A DNA stretch of 64,000 nucleotides from Octopus vulgaris. Its lineage: Eukaryota. The notes under the pieces were generated by a model. The model was not told the DNA's origin, made no database searches, and saw only the letters and a list, made by a program, of their open reading frames with translations. The stretch spans positions 67,766,001 to 67,830,000 of the forward strand of contig OX597825.1 of the NCBI GenBank assembly GCA_951406725.2, written 5' to 3'. Shown piece after piece: positions 1 to 12,468 of the stretch. Position 1 is the first letter of the stretch; each line of letters starts with the position of its first letter. Both the position numbers and the translations under genes were made by a program.

Positions 1-84
1 ATGTATATATATATATATATATATATACGTTGAACCTGAAAATGCATAAATTTGAGAAGAACCAGCCTGCGGGCGCTCCCTTCC

Positions 85-860
85 TGTTAACAAGTACATT
101 TAACATAAATTCTATCATCCTCACCTTTATAGTTCCCAGTCATGATTGTTGCCTCTAAGGCATGGGGTTGCATCGCTGTCACCATCAGTCTGGTGCCATT
201 GTTGTTTGTTCCTTCTCGAGCCACGCCTGGCTCATAAGGGCCGGTTTCCCGGTTTCTTGGAGTATAGGTTCCCCACCTGGACGGGACGCCGGTCCGTCGC
301 AGGTGAGCTGCAAGATGCAGGAGGAAAGAGTGAGAGAAAGTTGTGGCAAAAGAGTCCGGAGCCGCGTGGAGTCCATTACCTTCTGCCGGAGCCGCGTGGA
401 GCTTAGGTGTTTCGCTCATAAACACACACATCGCCCGGTCTGAGATTCGAACCCACGATCCCTTAACCGCGAGTCTGCTGCTCTAACCACTAGGCCATGT
501 GCCTCCACAGTCTGGTGTCATTGCTCCAGACAGGCCTCCTTTCTTAAGTGTTAAGTGGTGAGGTAGCTTCCCAGATTGCTGTAGAGAGTTCAGGAATTCA
601 GTTGGAAAAGCTACAGCCTGGTCCTGATCATCGTCTGTGTCGAGAGATTTGGAAGACTGTTCTTGTCCGTGCAACAACTGCAAGAGATCCCATATTAATT
701 TTGTTGACAGCATCATTACGTGGGGCCAAAATGGCCCACATACAGAGCCATTGACTGATGCTAAAGCTTTGTGCAATGTTTGGGAGCACATGCATTATGA
801 GATCATTGACCATTGGTACCATCTCACCACAAGCTTTCTGCACACCACCCCCAACAACTT
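85..860 (-). pseudogene. Helitron RepHel Pif1-type helicase fragment, frameshifted and interrupted by a SINE
   Basis: Minus-strand peptides VLPNIAQSFSISQWLCMWAILAPRNDAVNKIN, FPTEFLNSLQQSGKLPHHLTLKKG and NGTRLMVTAMQPHALEATIMTGNYKGE match, in order, the Helitron helicase motifs (AILAPxN..V..IN; PxEFLNSL..SG.PPH.L.LK.G; NGTRL.V...IEA.I.TG). Confidence 0.85.
202..507 (-). mobile_element. tRNA-derived SINE, family C, inserted in the Helitron helicase
   Basis: tRNA-like head GGAGGCACATGGCCTAGTGGTTAGAGC...GGTTCGAATC with A and B boxes; 16-bp TSD cagtctggtg(c/t)cattg at 186-201 and 508-523. Confidence 0.9.
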
Positions 861-1402
861 TGGATCATGATAACTTAAAGAAAAATTGATTTTTTAAATG
901 AAATTTTCTACAAATATGCGTTATATCATGTAGATTCAGAATATACAACTTTTAGGTGAAGAAAGTGTTTTAAGAGAAGATGGTGGAGGATTTTAGGAAA
1001 ATCACCGGAGTCCAATTCAGTTCGTCTTAACTTTCAGTAAAAGGGATATTTTTTAATGAAATTGTCTGAAAATATACCTCGGACTATGTAGATTCCATGC
1101 ATATAGGATTTGTGGGAAAAACGATCGGGGGTTATTTTTTGCGAACTGTTCCTCACTGGGGGAGAGGTTCGGAACAAGCCGTCCATGTTTGTTTCAGTTT
1201 CTCCGTTTTGTGCGTTTGTGCATCCGTATATAACCCTTAAAGCTACTCTTAAAATTTCAGGAAAAAAATTGAAAAGTTAAGGAGTGGGTGTATTAAAATG
1301 TCTAAAAGTAGATTTTTGCATATTCAGAACCTCCGTTGAAGACAAAGTCGGAATCTGTATAAAAAATAAAGCACAAAGGGGTGGTATGCGTATTCTCAGT
1401 GT

Positions 1403-1467
<65 letters not shown>

Positions 1468-2148
1468 GAAAAAAGGTTCAAACGGGGAATTATTCCATTC
1501 AATATCATGTTTATTGTAGAGATTATGTAACAAATTATACTTTACACTTCTATATTAAACTGTGCGGGTATATTCCTTATTTTTGCTTCTGGTGTCTTCT
1601 GCCTTTCTATTAGAACTGTGTACCTGGGAATTTACTTAAAGTGAAAAAAGAATCGAATGCAACAGATAAGTCGTCTTAATAATACACATCTGTGTACCAG
1701 ATATCTAGCTGTTATTTTTAGCATGAGTTTTCTGGTGAGGGCTTCATTTGCCTTCATTGCCTGTTGCTTCAGTAGAAATCTACGGATGCATAAACGCACA
1801 AAATAGAGAAAATGTAGCAAATATAGACGACTTGTTCCGAAACACCCCCAATTGGGGAAGAGTTCGCAAAAATGGTCCCCAGTTGTTTTCTCCCAAAATT
1901 CCAATATGCTGGGAATCTACATAGTCCGAGGTATATTTGTAGACAATTTCATTAAAAAATATCCATTTTCCTGAAAGTTAAGCAAATTGATGTGGACTCC
2001 GGTGTATTTTCCGAAAATCGTCCCACACCCCTTCTAAAACACTTTCCCCAAAAACAAATTTGTATATTCTGAATCTACATGATATAACACATATTTGTGG
2101 GAATCTTCATTAAAAAATATCCATTTTCCTGAAAGTTATCATCATCCA
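861..2148. repeat. ~370-bp diverged inverted repeat (arms ~861-1229 and ~1781-2148)
   Basis: Reverse complement of the left arm aligns along the right arm (e.g. aatatacctcggactatgtagattcc / ggaatctacatagtccgaggtatatt). Each arm also has an internal repeated subunit. Confidence 0.8.
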
Positions 2149-2212
2149 CATTCGGGGTGGAGAGAGAAATCTGTAGTTATTTCCTGTTGATAATTGATCA
2201 ATTAAATAAAAT

Positions 2213-2589
2213 CTCCGTATGAAATTGTTTCTTACACTCACATAGGTGTATATCTTAGACAAATAGAAAGCCGGAGAGAATTTAAAAAGATGAAAGTAAC
2301 TTTAGAAATTCTTTTTTATCTGAAATGGTCACAACTGTAATGATATATACATACGTGTGAGCGTATGTGTAAATAGCTGGTTACTTAATTACTACGTTGA
2401 CATTGGCAAAACAGTTAAGTGAAAGTGTTAATAAGTCGATGGGATTTAATTAATTGAGAAAAAGGCGTCTAGCTCCGTATGAAATTTTTTTTTTTACTGG
2501 TATTAAAATACCTTTAGAAATTCTTTTTTTATCAGAAATCGTCAAAACTGTAATAATGTATACATATGCACGTGTGTAAATAGCTGGTC
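2213..2589. repeat. Diverged direct repeat pair
   Basis: ctccgtatgaaatt...ctttagaaattctttttt...actgtaat...gtgtaaatagctggt occurs at ~2213-2381 and ~2473-2588. Confidence 0.7.
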
Positions 2590-2699
2590 AGGACGCCAAA
2601 GACAGGAGGTCCAGACACAGGAAGTTGAGAAAACGATTTGAAGAAGTGAACCTTTATATAGAGAGAAATATTATTTATTTTTAATAAAATAAATAAATA

Positions 2700-2823
2700 A
2701 ATCAAGACCGTATTATTCTTTCCAACGTCAAATTATTCATGTAACCAAAGTATGGTCCAGATTGATCCAGAAGTTAAACATGCATAGAGGACAGACACAG
2801 ATAGGGTATTTTATATATTAAGA
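2700..2823 (-). mobile_element. Probable 5' end of a non-autonomous Helitron
   Basis: Minus strand reads A|TCTTAATATATAAAATACCCTATCTGTGTCTGTC, the same 5' TC...TATATAAA...CTGT architecture as the complete element at 40137. Confidence 0.4.
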
Positions 2824-3174
2824 TATATATATTTGTATGGACGGTCACACTGAAGATCTGCGGATAATTGCGTAAGTAAAATTACGTAATCTGTTAATAG
2901 TAAAACATCATAATAATTTAGAAACCTCACAAATGTCGAAGCAAATGAAGGTATAAGAAATAGCGCGTAAATATAGGGTTTAAAATGTTTGGATAAAAAA
3001 TAAACCAGAAAGCTAATGTTAAAATTCCTGTCATTTTTAAAAGAGATGTGGATTCGTGCTGCACGAGTACTCATCGCCCCTTTCTATTCAAAGGGTTTTT
3101 AACCCAATAGTGGTACTCTATTATTTGTAGCTTTATTGGCTTCGAAATTCACCGTTGATAGCTAGCTAGGTAGT

Positions 3175-3229
<55 letters not shown>

Positions 3230-3365
3230 GGAAGGTAGGTAGACAGATAGATAGATTTGCATGAAAACACAAGTAAATATGTAAAGTATACAAGGATGAC
3301 ATTTATGCACATATACAGAGTATATATGAACTGCGTGTATTAATGTGTGTATATATGTGTATGTA

Positions 3366-3427
<62 letters not shown>

Positions 3428-4469
3428 TAAATTTCGAAACATCAAGAAATATGTGAGGATATATAATTCAGGGTGAACATATATATAAACGAGTGAATAT
3501 GCGTTTGTGAGTGTGTAAGTATATATAGTAGTTATTCTTGTATTAATTTACGTCTTCGCCTGCTCTGATCTTTCCCTTTCCGTCATTTTCTCCATTTTCT
3601 TTTTCATTTGTATTTTGTTTGTTTTTATTTAGTGCTTTTTGTTGTTTTTTTGTTTGTTTTTTTTGTTTTTTTGTTTTTTTGTTTGTTTTTTTGTTTTTTT
3701 CACTATGCCATGTGAATAATGAACCTATATCCACGTTAATCTTGCCTGCACTCCATATCTTCTGTTTATCTTATACTCTCTTCAAACCCGTTTACAACCG
3801 TCCAAAACATTATAAATATATTTCTTCTCCGCTCATACCTATCCAATTCCATTTTGTGAACGTTATTGAACATATTTTTGTCCTGACGCAGGAAATTGTT
3901 CCACCTCCTATCTTCTTTTTCTTTTCTTTTCCTTTATTTTTTCAGTATTAAAGATTACAACATCATAAGAACATAGATATTTCGATATTGCCAATAAAAC
4001 GACATTGCTTTATTCTTTTAAAATTGTGAAGAGGTGATGTTTGCAATAATGGAAGAATAAAGAATTTCTTGAGCATAACGGAGAAATAAAGAATTTCTTG
4101 TACAAAATCCTTATTGGAAATGCTTGGCTTTTATTGTTATTTCTTTCAGCTTTCACGCAAACCTGATAAAAATATCACAACGAAAACTATCATCCGGCGA
4201 AGTAACTATTTTTTCTTAAAGCCAAACCATTTCCTTCAATAAAATCGAAGGTGTAGCGAGATTTAAACATTTTATTCATTCGTAAAAGGTTTACAATAAT
4301 ATTAACTCATTTTTACGTTACGTAATTGCGAAGGTATCTGTATGCTTTAGGCCTGCAAAACACGTTTTCCGTTGGAAGAATAAAGTTGCTGGTTAGTTAA
4401 ATATCTGTTTTGATTTGTTAAATGTTTAGTTTTGCTGTTTACCCTTTAAATGCTTCACATCCTTGAACT

Positions 4470-4800
4470 GGGGTCATGTTGCGGAACCGCCTTGAACAAT
4501 TTAACCTTCTCAGTACTCACTTCGTCATTTTCGTACTTATTTAACAGGTATTTTTTTTTCGGAACTGCGAAGTTACAAGGACATACAGAAGCCAACACTG
4601 ATTGTCAAGCGGTGATCGGTGATGGGTAACAAACATAAGCACACACACACACACACACATATGACAGGCTCCTTTCAGTTTCCGTCCACCAGATCTATTC
4701 ACAAGGCTTTGGTCAGCCCGGAGCTATAGCAGAAAACACTTGCCTTAAAGTGGACTGAACCTGGAATCACATGGCTGAGACACAAACTTGTTACTACAGA
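4470..4800 (-). mobile_element. Degraded SINE family A copy
   Basis: acaggctcctttcagtttccgtccacc...cacaaggctttggtcagcccgg...acacttgcc aligns with the full copies at 6527 and 63287. Confidence 0.7.
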
Positions 4801-4993
4801 AGAGAGTGATGGAGAGAAGAGAGAGGGGAGAGAAGAGAGAGGGAGAGAAGAGAGAGGGTAGATGGGTAGGGAGATAGGTAGGTAGGTAGGTAGGTAGGTA
4901 GGTAGGTAGGTAGGTAGGTAGGTAGGTATGTAGGTAGGTAGGTAGGTAGGTAGGTAGGTGGGTATGTAGGTAGGTAGGTAGAGACAGAGATAA

Positions 4994-5024
<31 letters not shown>

Positions 5025-5355
5025 TAGTAAATAGAAATAAATTTTCCAAAACGTTTAGCATAGTAATTTTCATTTAGGCATAAATAAAAATTCTCTAATG
5101 GATGTTAAGTATTTGGGGTACCGCAACGTTTCATTTCTCCGTCGCCAAATTTATTCCGGAATTATTCGAATTTTGTTGAGTTTAGCAGGCCGGGAAATTT
5201 TTGAAACGTATGGTAATGGTCAGTGACTTTAAAGAATTATTGATTTGGTAAATTACGAATAACTGAGAGATTTATAATTTAACACAAGAATCGTAATGAT
5301 GCCAAATTGCCAAATTGGATTTTCATAAATGTTTATTCTCTTTTATTATATGCAA

Positions 5356-5410
<55 letters not shown>

Positions 5411-5441
5411 CATATATATATATACATACATATATATATAT

Positions 5442-5690
5442 TTTGGGTTGGTGCCTACTTATTGCGGCTTTTTTTTTTCAACAAATTTTATTCAACAAAG
5501 ACAATAACAACATGTAACAAAAACATTTTAAAATGATTATCCCGGAGTATATTCACCATCTACTTCAATTACTGTTTCCCATTTGCTTGGCAGACGGTCA
5601 GACCGTCATTTGAAGATGTTTTTGTTAAATATCATTATTGTTTTGTTGAATAAAATTTGTTGAAAAGAAACCCAATAATTATGCACCAAC

Positions 5691-5694
<4 letters not shown>
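5442..5694. mobile_element. Mariner-derived MITE inserted in (TA)n
   Basis: Termini ttgggttggtgcctacttattgcgg and ccaataattatgcaccaaccaaa resemble Hsmar1/MADE1-type TIRs. ~90-bp inverted arms. Internal minus-strand DRLPSKWETVIEVDGEYTPG* matches a mariner transposase C-terminus. TA flanks. Confidence 0.85.
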
Positions 5695-5778
<84 letters not shown>

Positions 5779-6320
5779 TATGTATGTTTGTATGACTGAG
5801 TGTCTGGGTCAGAGAGAGAAAGAGAGAGTGCGTGTGTGTATGTGTTTGCGTCTCTGTTCATGTCCCTGCTAGCAAAAATAGAGTAAACATCCCGAAGTGT
5901 ATCTAAAATATATTAAAAGCAAAAGTTAGGCAGGAAATTAACAATTCACACGAAAGACGTAACTGATTATGAAAGTTTGGCGGATATAGTATGTATGTGT
6001 GTGTGTATGTACGTGTAATGTATGTGTGTATGTACATGTGTATGTACGTATGTGTGTACATGGGTATCATGTATGTGTGTGTATGTGTGTGTGCGCATAT
6101 ATAGGTAGGTAAGTATGTTCATAAAAGTATATATGTACATATGTATATGAAACGAGAAAGAGAGAGAAGGGGTGATGTGTAAGGTGATAGAAGGTGCTAT
6201 ACAAATATATACTGAGAAAAATGGTAAATGTATAATGTATGCAGCAGCATGGCCGCAGTCACATGACTGAAACAAGTAGAAGAATAAAAGAATATATATA
6301 TATATATATATGTATATATT

Positions 6321-6370
<50 letters not shown>

Positions 6371-6392
6371 GATATATTTATATATATATGAT

Positions 6393-6426
<34 letters not shown>

Positions 6427-6439
6427 CATATATAAGTAT

Positions 6440-6526
<87 letters not shown>

Positions 6527-6527
<1 letters not shown>

Positions 6528-6701
6528 GCGCAGGAGTGGCTGTGTGGTAAGAAGCTTGCTTACCAACAACATGGTTTCGGGTTCAGTCCCACTGCGTGGC
6601 ACCTTGGGCAAGTGTCTTCTACTATAGCCTCGGGCCGACTACAGCCTTGTGAGTGTATTTGGTAGACGGAAACTGAAAGAAGCCTGTCGTATATATGTAT
6701 G

Positions 6702-6742
<41 letters not shown>

Positions 6743-6948
6743 TTGTGTCTGTGTATGTCCCCCCAACATCGCTTGATAACCGATGCTAGTGTGTTTACAA
6801 CCCCGTAGCTTAGCGATACGATAAGAGACCGATAGAATAAGTACTAGGCTTACAAAGAATAAGTTCTGGGGTCGATATGCTCGACTATAGGCGATGCTCC
6901 AGCATGGCCGCAGTCAAATGACTGAAACGAGTAAAAGAGTAAAAGAGT
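6527..6948 (+). mobile_element. SINE family A, full length (tRNA-like head, CORE-like motif, internal microsatellite)
   Basis: GGCGCAGGAGTGGCTGTGTGGTAAG...GGGTTCAGTCCC head; ACCTTGGGCAAGTG resembles the CORE-SINE motif; internal (TA)/(TG); tail ...GACTGAAAC(GAGTAAAA)n. More than ten copies or fragments in the window. Confidence 0.9.
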
Positions 6949-7104
6949 ATATATGTATATATATTACGGAGATGTACTCGCATAGCAAGTAATTTGATCT
7001 GAGATCGTGTGCTGAAACGAAAACAATTGCAGCGTAGAAGGTGTTTATAAGCCATTTAAGAAACACACAAAAGCCGTTCGATTCACTTCAACATTTAAGT
7101 TTAA

Positions 7105-7154
7105 TTTGTCAAAATATTTTCGTCGCTAAAATCCGCGACCTGTTCACTGACAAA
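7105..7154 (-). ncRNA. Minimal type I hammerhead-like motif, G3-C8 variant
   Basis: Minus strand TTTGTCA GTGAACA G GTCGC ggatttta GCGAC GAAA ATAT TT TGACAAA: 7-bp stem I, 5-bp stem II, palindromic stem III (AATATT), UUU at the cleavage site. Lies in a ~200-bp (TA)n-embedded element (~6962-7190). Confidence 0.6.
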
Positions 7155-7186
7155 AATATATATATATATCCGCGACCTGTTCACTG

Positions 7187-7270
<84 letters not shown>

Positions 7271-7734
7271 ATATTTCGGAATGGTCATTTATATATATGA
7301 TATATATATAGAGAGAGAGAGATAGGAGTCAAAACAACTCAATAGCCACAAAACAAAAACACTAGTTTAATGAGCTGTTACAGCTAGATCTCCGATGATT
7401 TCACATTCTAATGCTTAACTGATCTTCATGCTCATCATTATCTCTCACCGCGCCTAGGGTTAAACTCATCTCGCCTTATCAGCTTATAAGCTCTCTGTTG
7501 AAAACATATGCTGATTTCATAAACGGCAGTGTGAAAATTATAAATAATATCTGTGGCTAATTCGCAATTTTACAGCCAAGGGCATTAATTAGCATCAGTA
7601 TTGCAAGAAATGTCCTTGTTCACTTTAGTGACGTATATATTTCTGCCTTTGGGTTGTGAAATTGCGAATTAGCCACCCATGTTATGTGTGTCTGTGTCGT
7701 CATGCGCCATGATTGATCGCCAGCCAATAAATCC

Positions 7735-7890
7735 TTTTTCATTTTCTCTCTGTTTATTTCCATGTTCCGTTCAGTTGAACAGCGTAGGCTCGAAACTTTC
7801 TCACATCCCGAGCGTTAAACTAATACATCTGTTTGTTGTTTACACACCCGTCTTCGTCATTTGCTTTCTTTATGTTTTTTAATTCCAACT
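7735..7890 (+). mobile_element. PLE pLTR-like short element (GAGC-GTAG-GCTC-GAAAC family), degraded HHR
   Basis: cagttgaacagcgtaggctcgaaac...aactaatacatctgtttgttgtttacacacccgtcttcgtc is homologous to copies at 26550, 33625 and 56915; ends in (TA)n. Confidence 0.65.
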
Positions 7891-7987
7891 ATATATATAT
7901 ATATATAATATTCTTCAGACATATTGACTCAAATACATATATTTTTTAACCTTTAAGCCTTCTGTAGTTGTTTCACTTTTTACTATT

Positions 7988-8059
<72 letters not shown>

Positions 8060-8220
8060 ACAAGACATTGTAGATCTTTGGGTGGGCTAAAAAGTCACAT
8101 TCGATCACAGCACCAGGAAACAGTTAAGCTTCGTGCAATGGCCATACTCGATAACGAGGGGCGACCATAATAATAATAATATATAGATATATGCATATAT
8201 ATATAGATATGCATATATAT

Positions 8221-8642
8221 ATTCTTTTATTCCTTTAATTGTTCCAGTCATTTGACTGAGGCCATATCTGGAGCAGCGACATTAATCGAACACATCGACC
8301 CCAGGACTTATTTTTTGTGAGCCAAGTACTTATTCTACTCGTCTCTTTTGCCGAACCGCTACGTTACGGGGACATAAACACACCAAGACCGGTGTCAAGC
8401 AATATTGGGGGACAAGCACAGACACACGAACATACACACGCACACGCACATATATGTGTGTGTGTGTGTATTTATATACGACGGACTTCTTTCAGTTTCC
8501 GTCTACCAAATCTAACCACAAATCTTTGGTCGGCCCGTCACTATAATAGAAGACATTCATCCAAGGCGCCATGCAGTGAGGCTGAACCCGGAACCATGTT
8601 GTTGGGAAGCAAGCTACTTACCACACAATCACTCCTGCGCCT
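8221..8642 (-). mobile_element. SINE family A
   Basis: Full-length reverse-complement match to the copy at 6527. Confidence 0.85.
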
Positions 8643-9054
8643 GTATATATAGTTTACTTTTCCGTTAAGGTAAGATTAACGAAAATAATTACTCCATCAT
8701 CAGATGGGGAGATAAATATTGTTTAATGTAGACAGTAAATAGTTATGAGCTACTGATAGTTTCATGCTGTGAAGATATTACTTAGGCAGATTTTAAAGTA
8801 ATCTTCAGACACTAGTCGCATGGCTTCTGCAAGTTACTTGTGTAGGCCATGTACCCAGAGCCAGAAAACTACTGGGAGACACGAGGCGTGCTTTAAAACC
8901 TACCTAGATAATATATGGAACTAGTAGTAGCTCATAACTATATACTATGTACATTAAACTAGATATATGTGTTTGTATATGTGTATACATATATATATAT
9001 ATGAAAAAACAAGTCAGGATAGAAAATGCTAAAATAATTTTATAAAGAACATTT

Positions 9055-9090
9055 CAGTACCGGTTTCAGTCATTGAGACCTTTTCAACTG
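9055..9090 (-). ncRNA. Minimal type I hammerhead-like motif, U3-A8 variant
   Basis: Minus strand CAG TTGAAAA GGTC tcaat GACT GAAAC CG GTA CTG: stem I CAG/CTG, stem II, palindromic stem III ACCGGT, GUA cleavage triplet. Adjacent to (TA)n. Confidence 0.6.
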
Positions 9091-9639
9091 TAACAATTAA
9101 ATAATTAAATTTAGAAAAATTAAAAGAAAAGTTTTTTTAAAAGAATATTTCTATAGTGTTCAAATATAAATGGTATTTTCCTTGTTTCTGCCTGTCTCTG
9201 ACTCTCTTGTTTATTCTTGTGGGTTCGAGGTCGTTGTGAATTCTTGGTAGAGAAGAAGGAGGAGGAGGAGAAGGGGAGGAAGAGGACGAAGAATTTAGGA
9301 GTGCCATGGTTGTAGTATTTTGAATGATCAGTGGAGGCTAGCAGTTGCTGTTCAATTCATGAAAATATTTCTATTAAATGTTTTGTTTATATATATATAT
9401 ATATATACACACACATATAGATACATACATCCATACATACATGTACACACACTTTTACTTTCCAAAGTTTTACGTGAAATAAACTATCATATCGCATTAA
9501 TATCAGTGCCCCAGCATGGCCATATTACAGCCGCATACTGGGGTATCGCCATTACTGTTACTGGTAGCATATTTCATCTCACTTCCACCACCCTCTCTCC
9601 GGGTTTGGTACTAGTGAATCAATGAGTTGGAGAAAGCTG

Positions 9640-10430
9640 TTCTTATTTGCGTTTTTTTTTTTTTGCCGTGATGAGAGAGTTCGAGTGTATCTCATATAAA
9701 AGCTTGTCTGAATTTTCTGTGAACACGTCCACGTATACACCTCGTACATCTCTTAGGATTTTTTTGGCAAGGAATTGAAATTCACGGAGTGTCAAGTGAT
9801 TATTATCCTTGATCACAGGACTTAATTTTTCAATGTGATCGTCGTCCGTTGTCATGCAAGTTGGGTCTACACTTGAAGTCGCCATTTAGAGAATATTCTC
9901 ACCACTTCGAAACGCTGATGCATGCGACTGAGGGCATCTTCTCCTTAGGACTGTTGCAATATTAGAAACGTCTAATAGTGAATGCGGTGAGCTGGCAGAA
10001 ACGTTAGCACATCGGACGAAATGCTTAGCAGTATTTCGTCTGTCTTTACGTTTTGAGTTCAAATTCCGCCGAGGTCGACTTTGCCTTTCATCCTTTCGAG
10101 GTCGATAAATTAAGTAGCAGTTACGCACTGGGGTTGATGTAATCGACTCAATTCCTTTGTCTGTCCTTGTTTGTCTCATCTGTATTTAGCCCCTTGTGAA
10201 ATAAGAAACGTCTCCAAAAGGTTTTCTTTCTCGATTTGAAGAGGAATTTCAGATAATCACATTCTTCCAGAGCATCTTTCAGTTGTAAAGGTTAAGAAAC
10301 GTACGTTGATTCTAGCACGGGTAAATGAAATACAAATTGTGCGGGGCATTGTAACCATTATCAAGGACAACCACAATTTATTGGCGAACTATTTTAAAAG
10401 TTCGATTTGTTTTTGGAGAGATCTCTTATG
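9640..10430 (-). pseudogene. Mariner/Tc1 transposase N-terminal remnant interrupted by SINE B
   Basis: Minus-strand YLKFLFKSRKKTFW...AFRSGENIL...DDDHIEKLSPVIKDNNHLTLREF resembles the mariner HTH region (F..GR....D..RSGRP...V..D.R.T.RE). Confidence 0.6.
9983..10203 (+). mobile_element. SINE family B monomer
   Basis: GCGGTGAGCTGGCAGAAACGTTAGCAC head, GAGTTCAAATTCC B-box, GCCTTTCATCCTTTCGAGGTCGATAAATTAAGTA central block (resembles the Meta-SINE domain, from memory); flanking direct repeat agaaacgtct at 9964 and 10204. Confidence 0.9.
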
Positions 10431-10454
10431 TGATAGACATAGATATGTATGGGT

Positions 10455-10520
<66 letters not shown>

Positions 10521-10548
10521 AAGAAAGAAAGGTAGATAGGTAGATAGG

Positions 10549-10627
<79 letters not shown>

Positions 10628-10641
10628 GCAGGCAAAGAGGC

Positions 10642-10733
<92 letters not shown>

Positions 10734-10806
10734 GGACAGATAGATAGACAGACAGATAGACAGACAGATAGACAGACAGACGGATAGATAGACAGACAGA
10801 TAGATA
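10455..10806. repeat. Compound (GATA)n/(GACA)n microsatellite
   Basis: Direct reading. Similar tracts occur near 3175, 4875, 31812, 32525, 40685 and 41234. Confidence 0.95.
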
Positions 10807-11699
10807 AAGAAATATTTGGATTATGTATGTACGTGTGTGTATATGTATGTATGTGGTAGAAAAACAAACAAATATCAAGTTGTTAATGCAAAATACTTAA
10901 ATAACAGTATCTTTCGAGGATGTGATATTGCCTATATTCATGGTATATTCCTCAGAGAACAGAAGTGAAGCATGAATTCACAAAACACTAATAACAAAAC
11001 GCTATGTGCTTCCTTTTCATAACTACTTTCGTCTATGTTTGTTGTTTGTGTGTGTGTGTGTGAATCTTTCTCTGTTTCTTTGTTTGTTTGTCTGTGTGGG
11101 TGATGTGTAATTAGGTGAAATTAAATCCATATTAAATTACATCTCAACAAAATTCCTACTACTTCAGATGCCAAAATTGTCGGTTAATGCAATTAAACTT
11201 TTTTTTTTACTAGATATTATTTCAACAACCGAACGTTTATACAAGAGACGTTGACATAATATTTACGAATTGTGAAAGTTGAATATCTAACGGCTGTATT
11301 CTTTATTATTATATTTGTGATTTTTAAGTAAAATATTTTTTCCATCTTTATCTTTTTGTTGAACAGAACGTTATGCAAATACACAAAGTGAAAGTATCAA
11401 TGGATAAAAAGTGAAAAGACATCTCAAGTTTCAATTTGTAACGTTGTCTGCATCTAATTAACGCTACAACTAAAGTTCTCTGACAATGTTTACTTCCATG
11501 TCAAATACATTTTTTTATATATTTTAGCCGAGACAAAGGTGTGAGAGACCCTTTACAGTGCCTTTGTACCTGGTGAAAGAGATGGTAACTCCAAACTCAA
11601 GATTTGATGTGTATGCATGCACCAGAGTGGACTCTAATCAAAGCACCGAAGGGCCTCCCAATGGTGAAATTAAAAACAAGCCCATGTAGGACTTTTTTT

Positions 11700-12006
11700 C
11701 AGGGAAATTAACTAATTGGACGGATTTAAGAGAAATGTTTGAAGTTCTCTCTGTAAATTATGAACTTACTTTTATCTGTAATTCCGTCAGCAAAAAAACA
11801 CAAAACTTTGCACCCAGGAACGGGTGTTTTCTGCCCCCAGGCAGGCCGTTACGTATTATGTGAAAGCTTTTAAGAGTCTAAAACCATCCGTGGAACATAA
11901 GTAATGTATGTTTCCAGTTCGGAGAAAATCAGATGAAAAATACGACTGTTATAATCTTTTACACACATACACACACACAGACAGAACGGAATTTATATCA
12001 TAGATC
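11700..12006 (-). mobile_element. Probable non-autonomous Helitron, 5' portion
   Basis: Minus strand A|TCTATGATATAAATTCCGTTCTGTCTGTGTGTG...CTGATTTTCTCCGAACTGG parallels the 5' end of the 40137 element. No 3' CTAG end located. Confidence 0.4.
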
Positions 12007-12173
12007 AGGTATTCGTATTTTCGTATGTCTTTTAGATTAGGTCCCCTGTTTTCCTGTTGTTATGCGTAGATTGAAATTTGATCACGAAATCCTTCTCACG
12101 TTATTCTGTATACTGAAAGTAAGGTGCTACCACTAAGTTTAGCCTTTAGTTTAAAGAACTGCAATTTTAGACA

Positions 12174-12468
12174 CTTGTGTCTGGGGAGAGTCATTCTCTT
12201 TTAGTGTCTTATTATTTAACACACTCACCGGTAAAATTTCCACTTATTTCCTATTTTTATTTTCAAAAATTTTCGTTGCGTGTTGCAACCTTTTCAATAC
12301 TCTTGACCCTTTAGAAAATAAAAATAAGAAACAAGTGGAAATTTTACCGGTAAGTGTGTTAAATAATAAGACACTAAAAGAGAATGACTCTCCCCAGACA
12401 CAACAGAATATGCTTCAACACACGAACTCATATAAAGAATCTTGCAAACCAAATCCAAAAACGAAATA
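12174..12468. mobile_element. Fold-back PLE-type element with U3-A8 HHR-like motif, one-sided tail and TSD
   Basis: Near-perfect ~90-bp arms 12175-12263 and 12314-12403; minus-strand TTGAAAA G GTTGC aacac GCAAC GAAAATTT at ~12267-12297; ~65-bp tail on the right arm only; TSD caattttaga(c/t)a at 12162 and 12469. Confidence 0.75.

Noticed and set aside
11529-11690. Possible exon after ttttttatatattttag
   Set aside because: No recognisable protein or partner exons; acceptor-like strings are common in AT-rich DNA.
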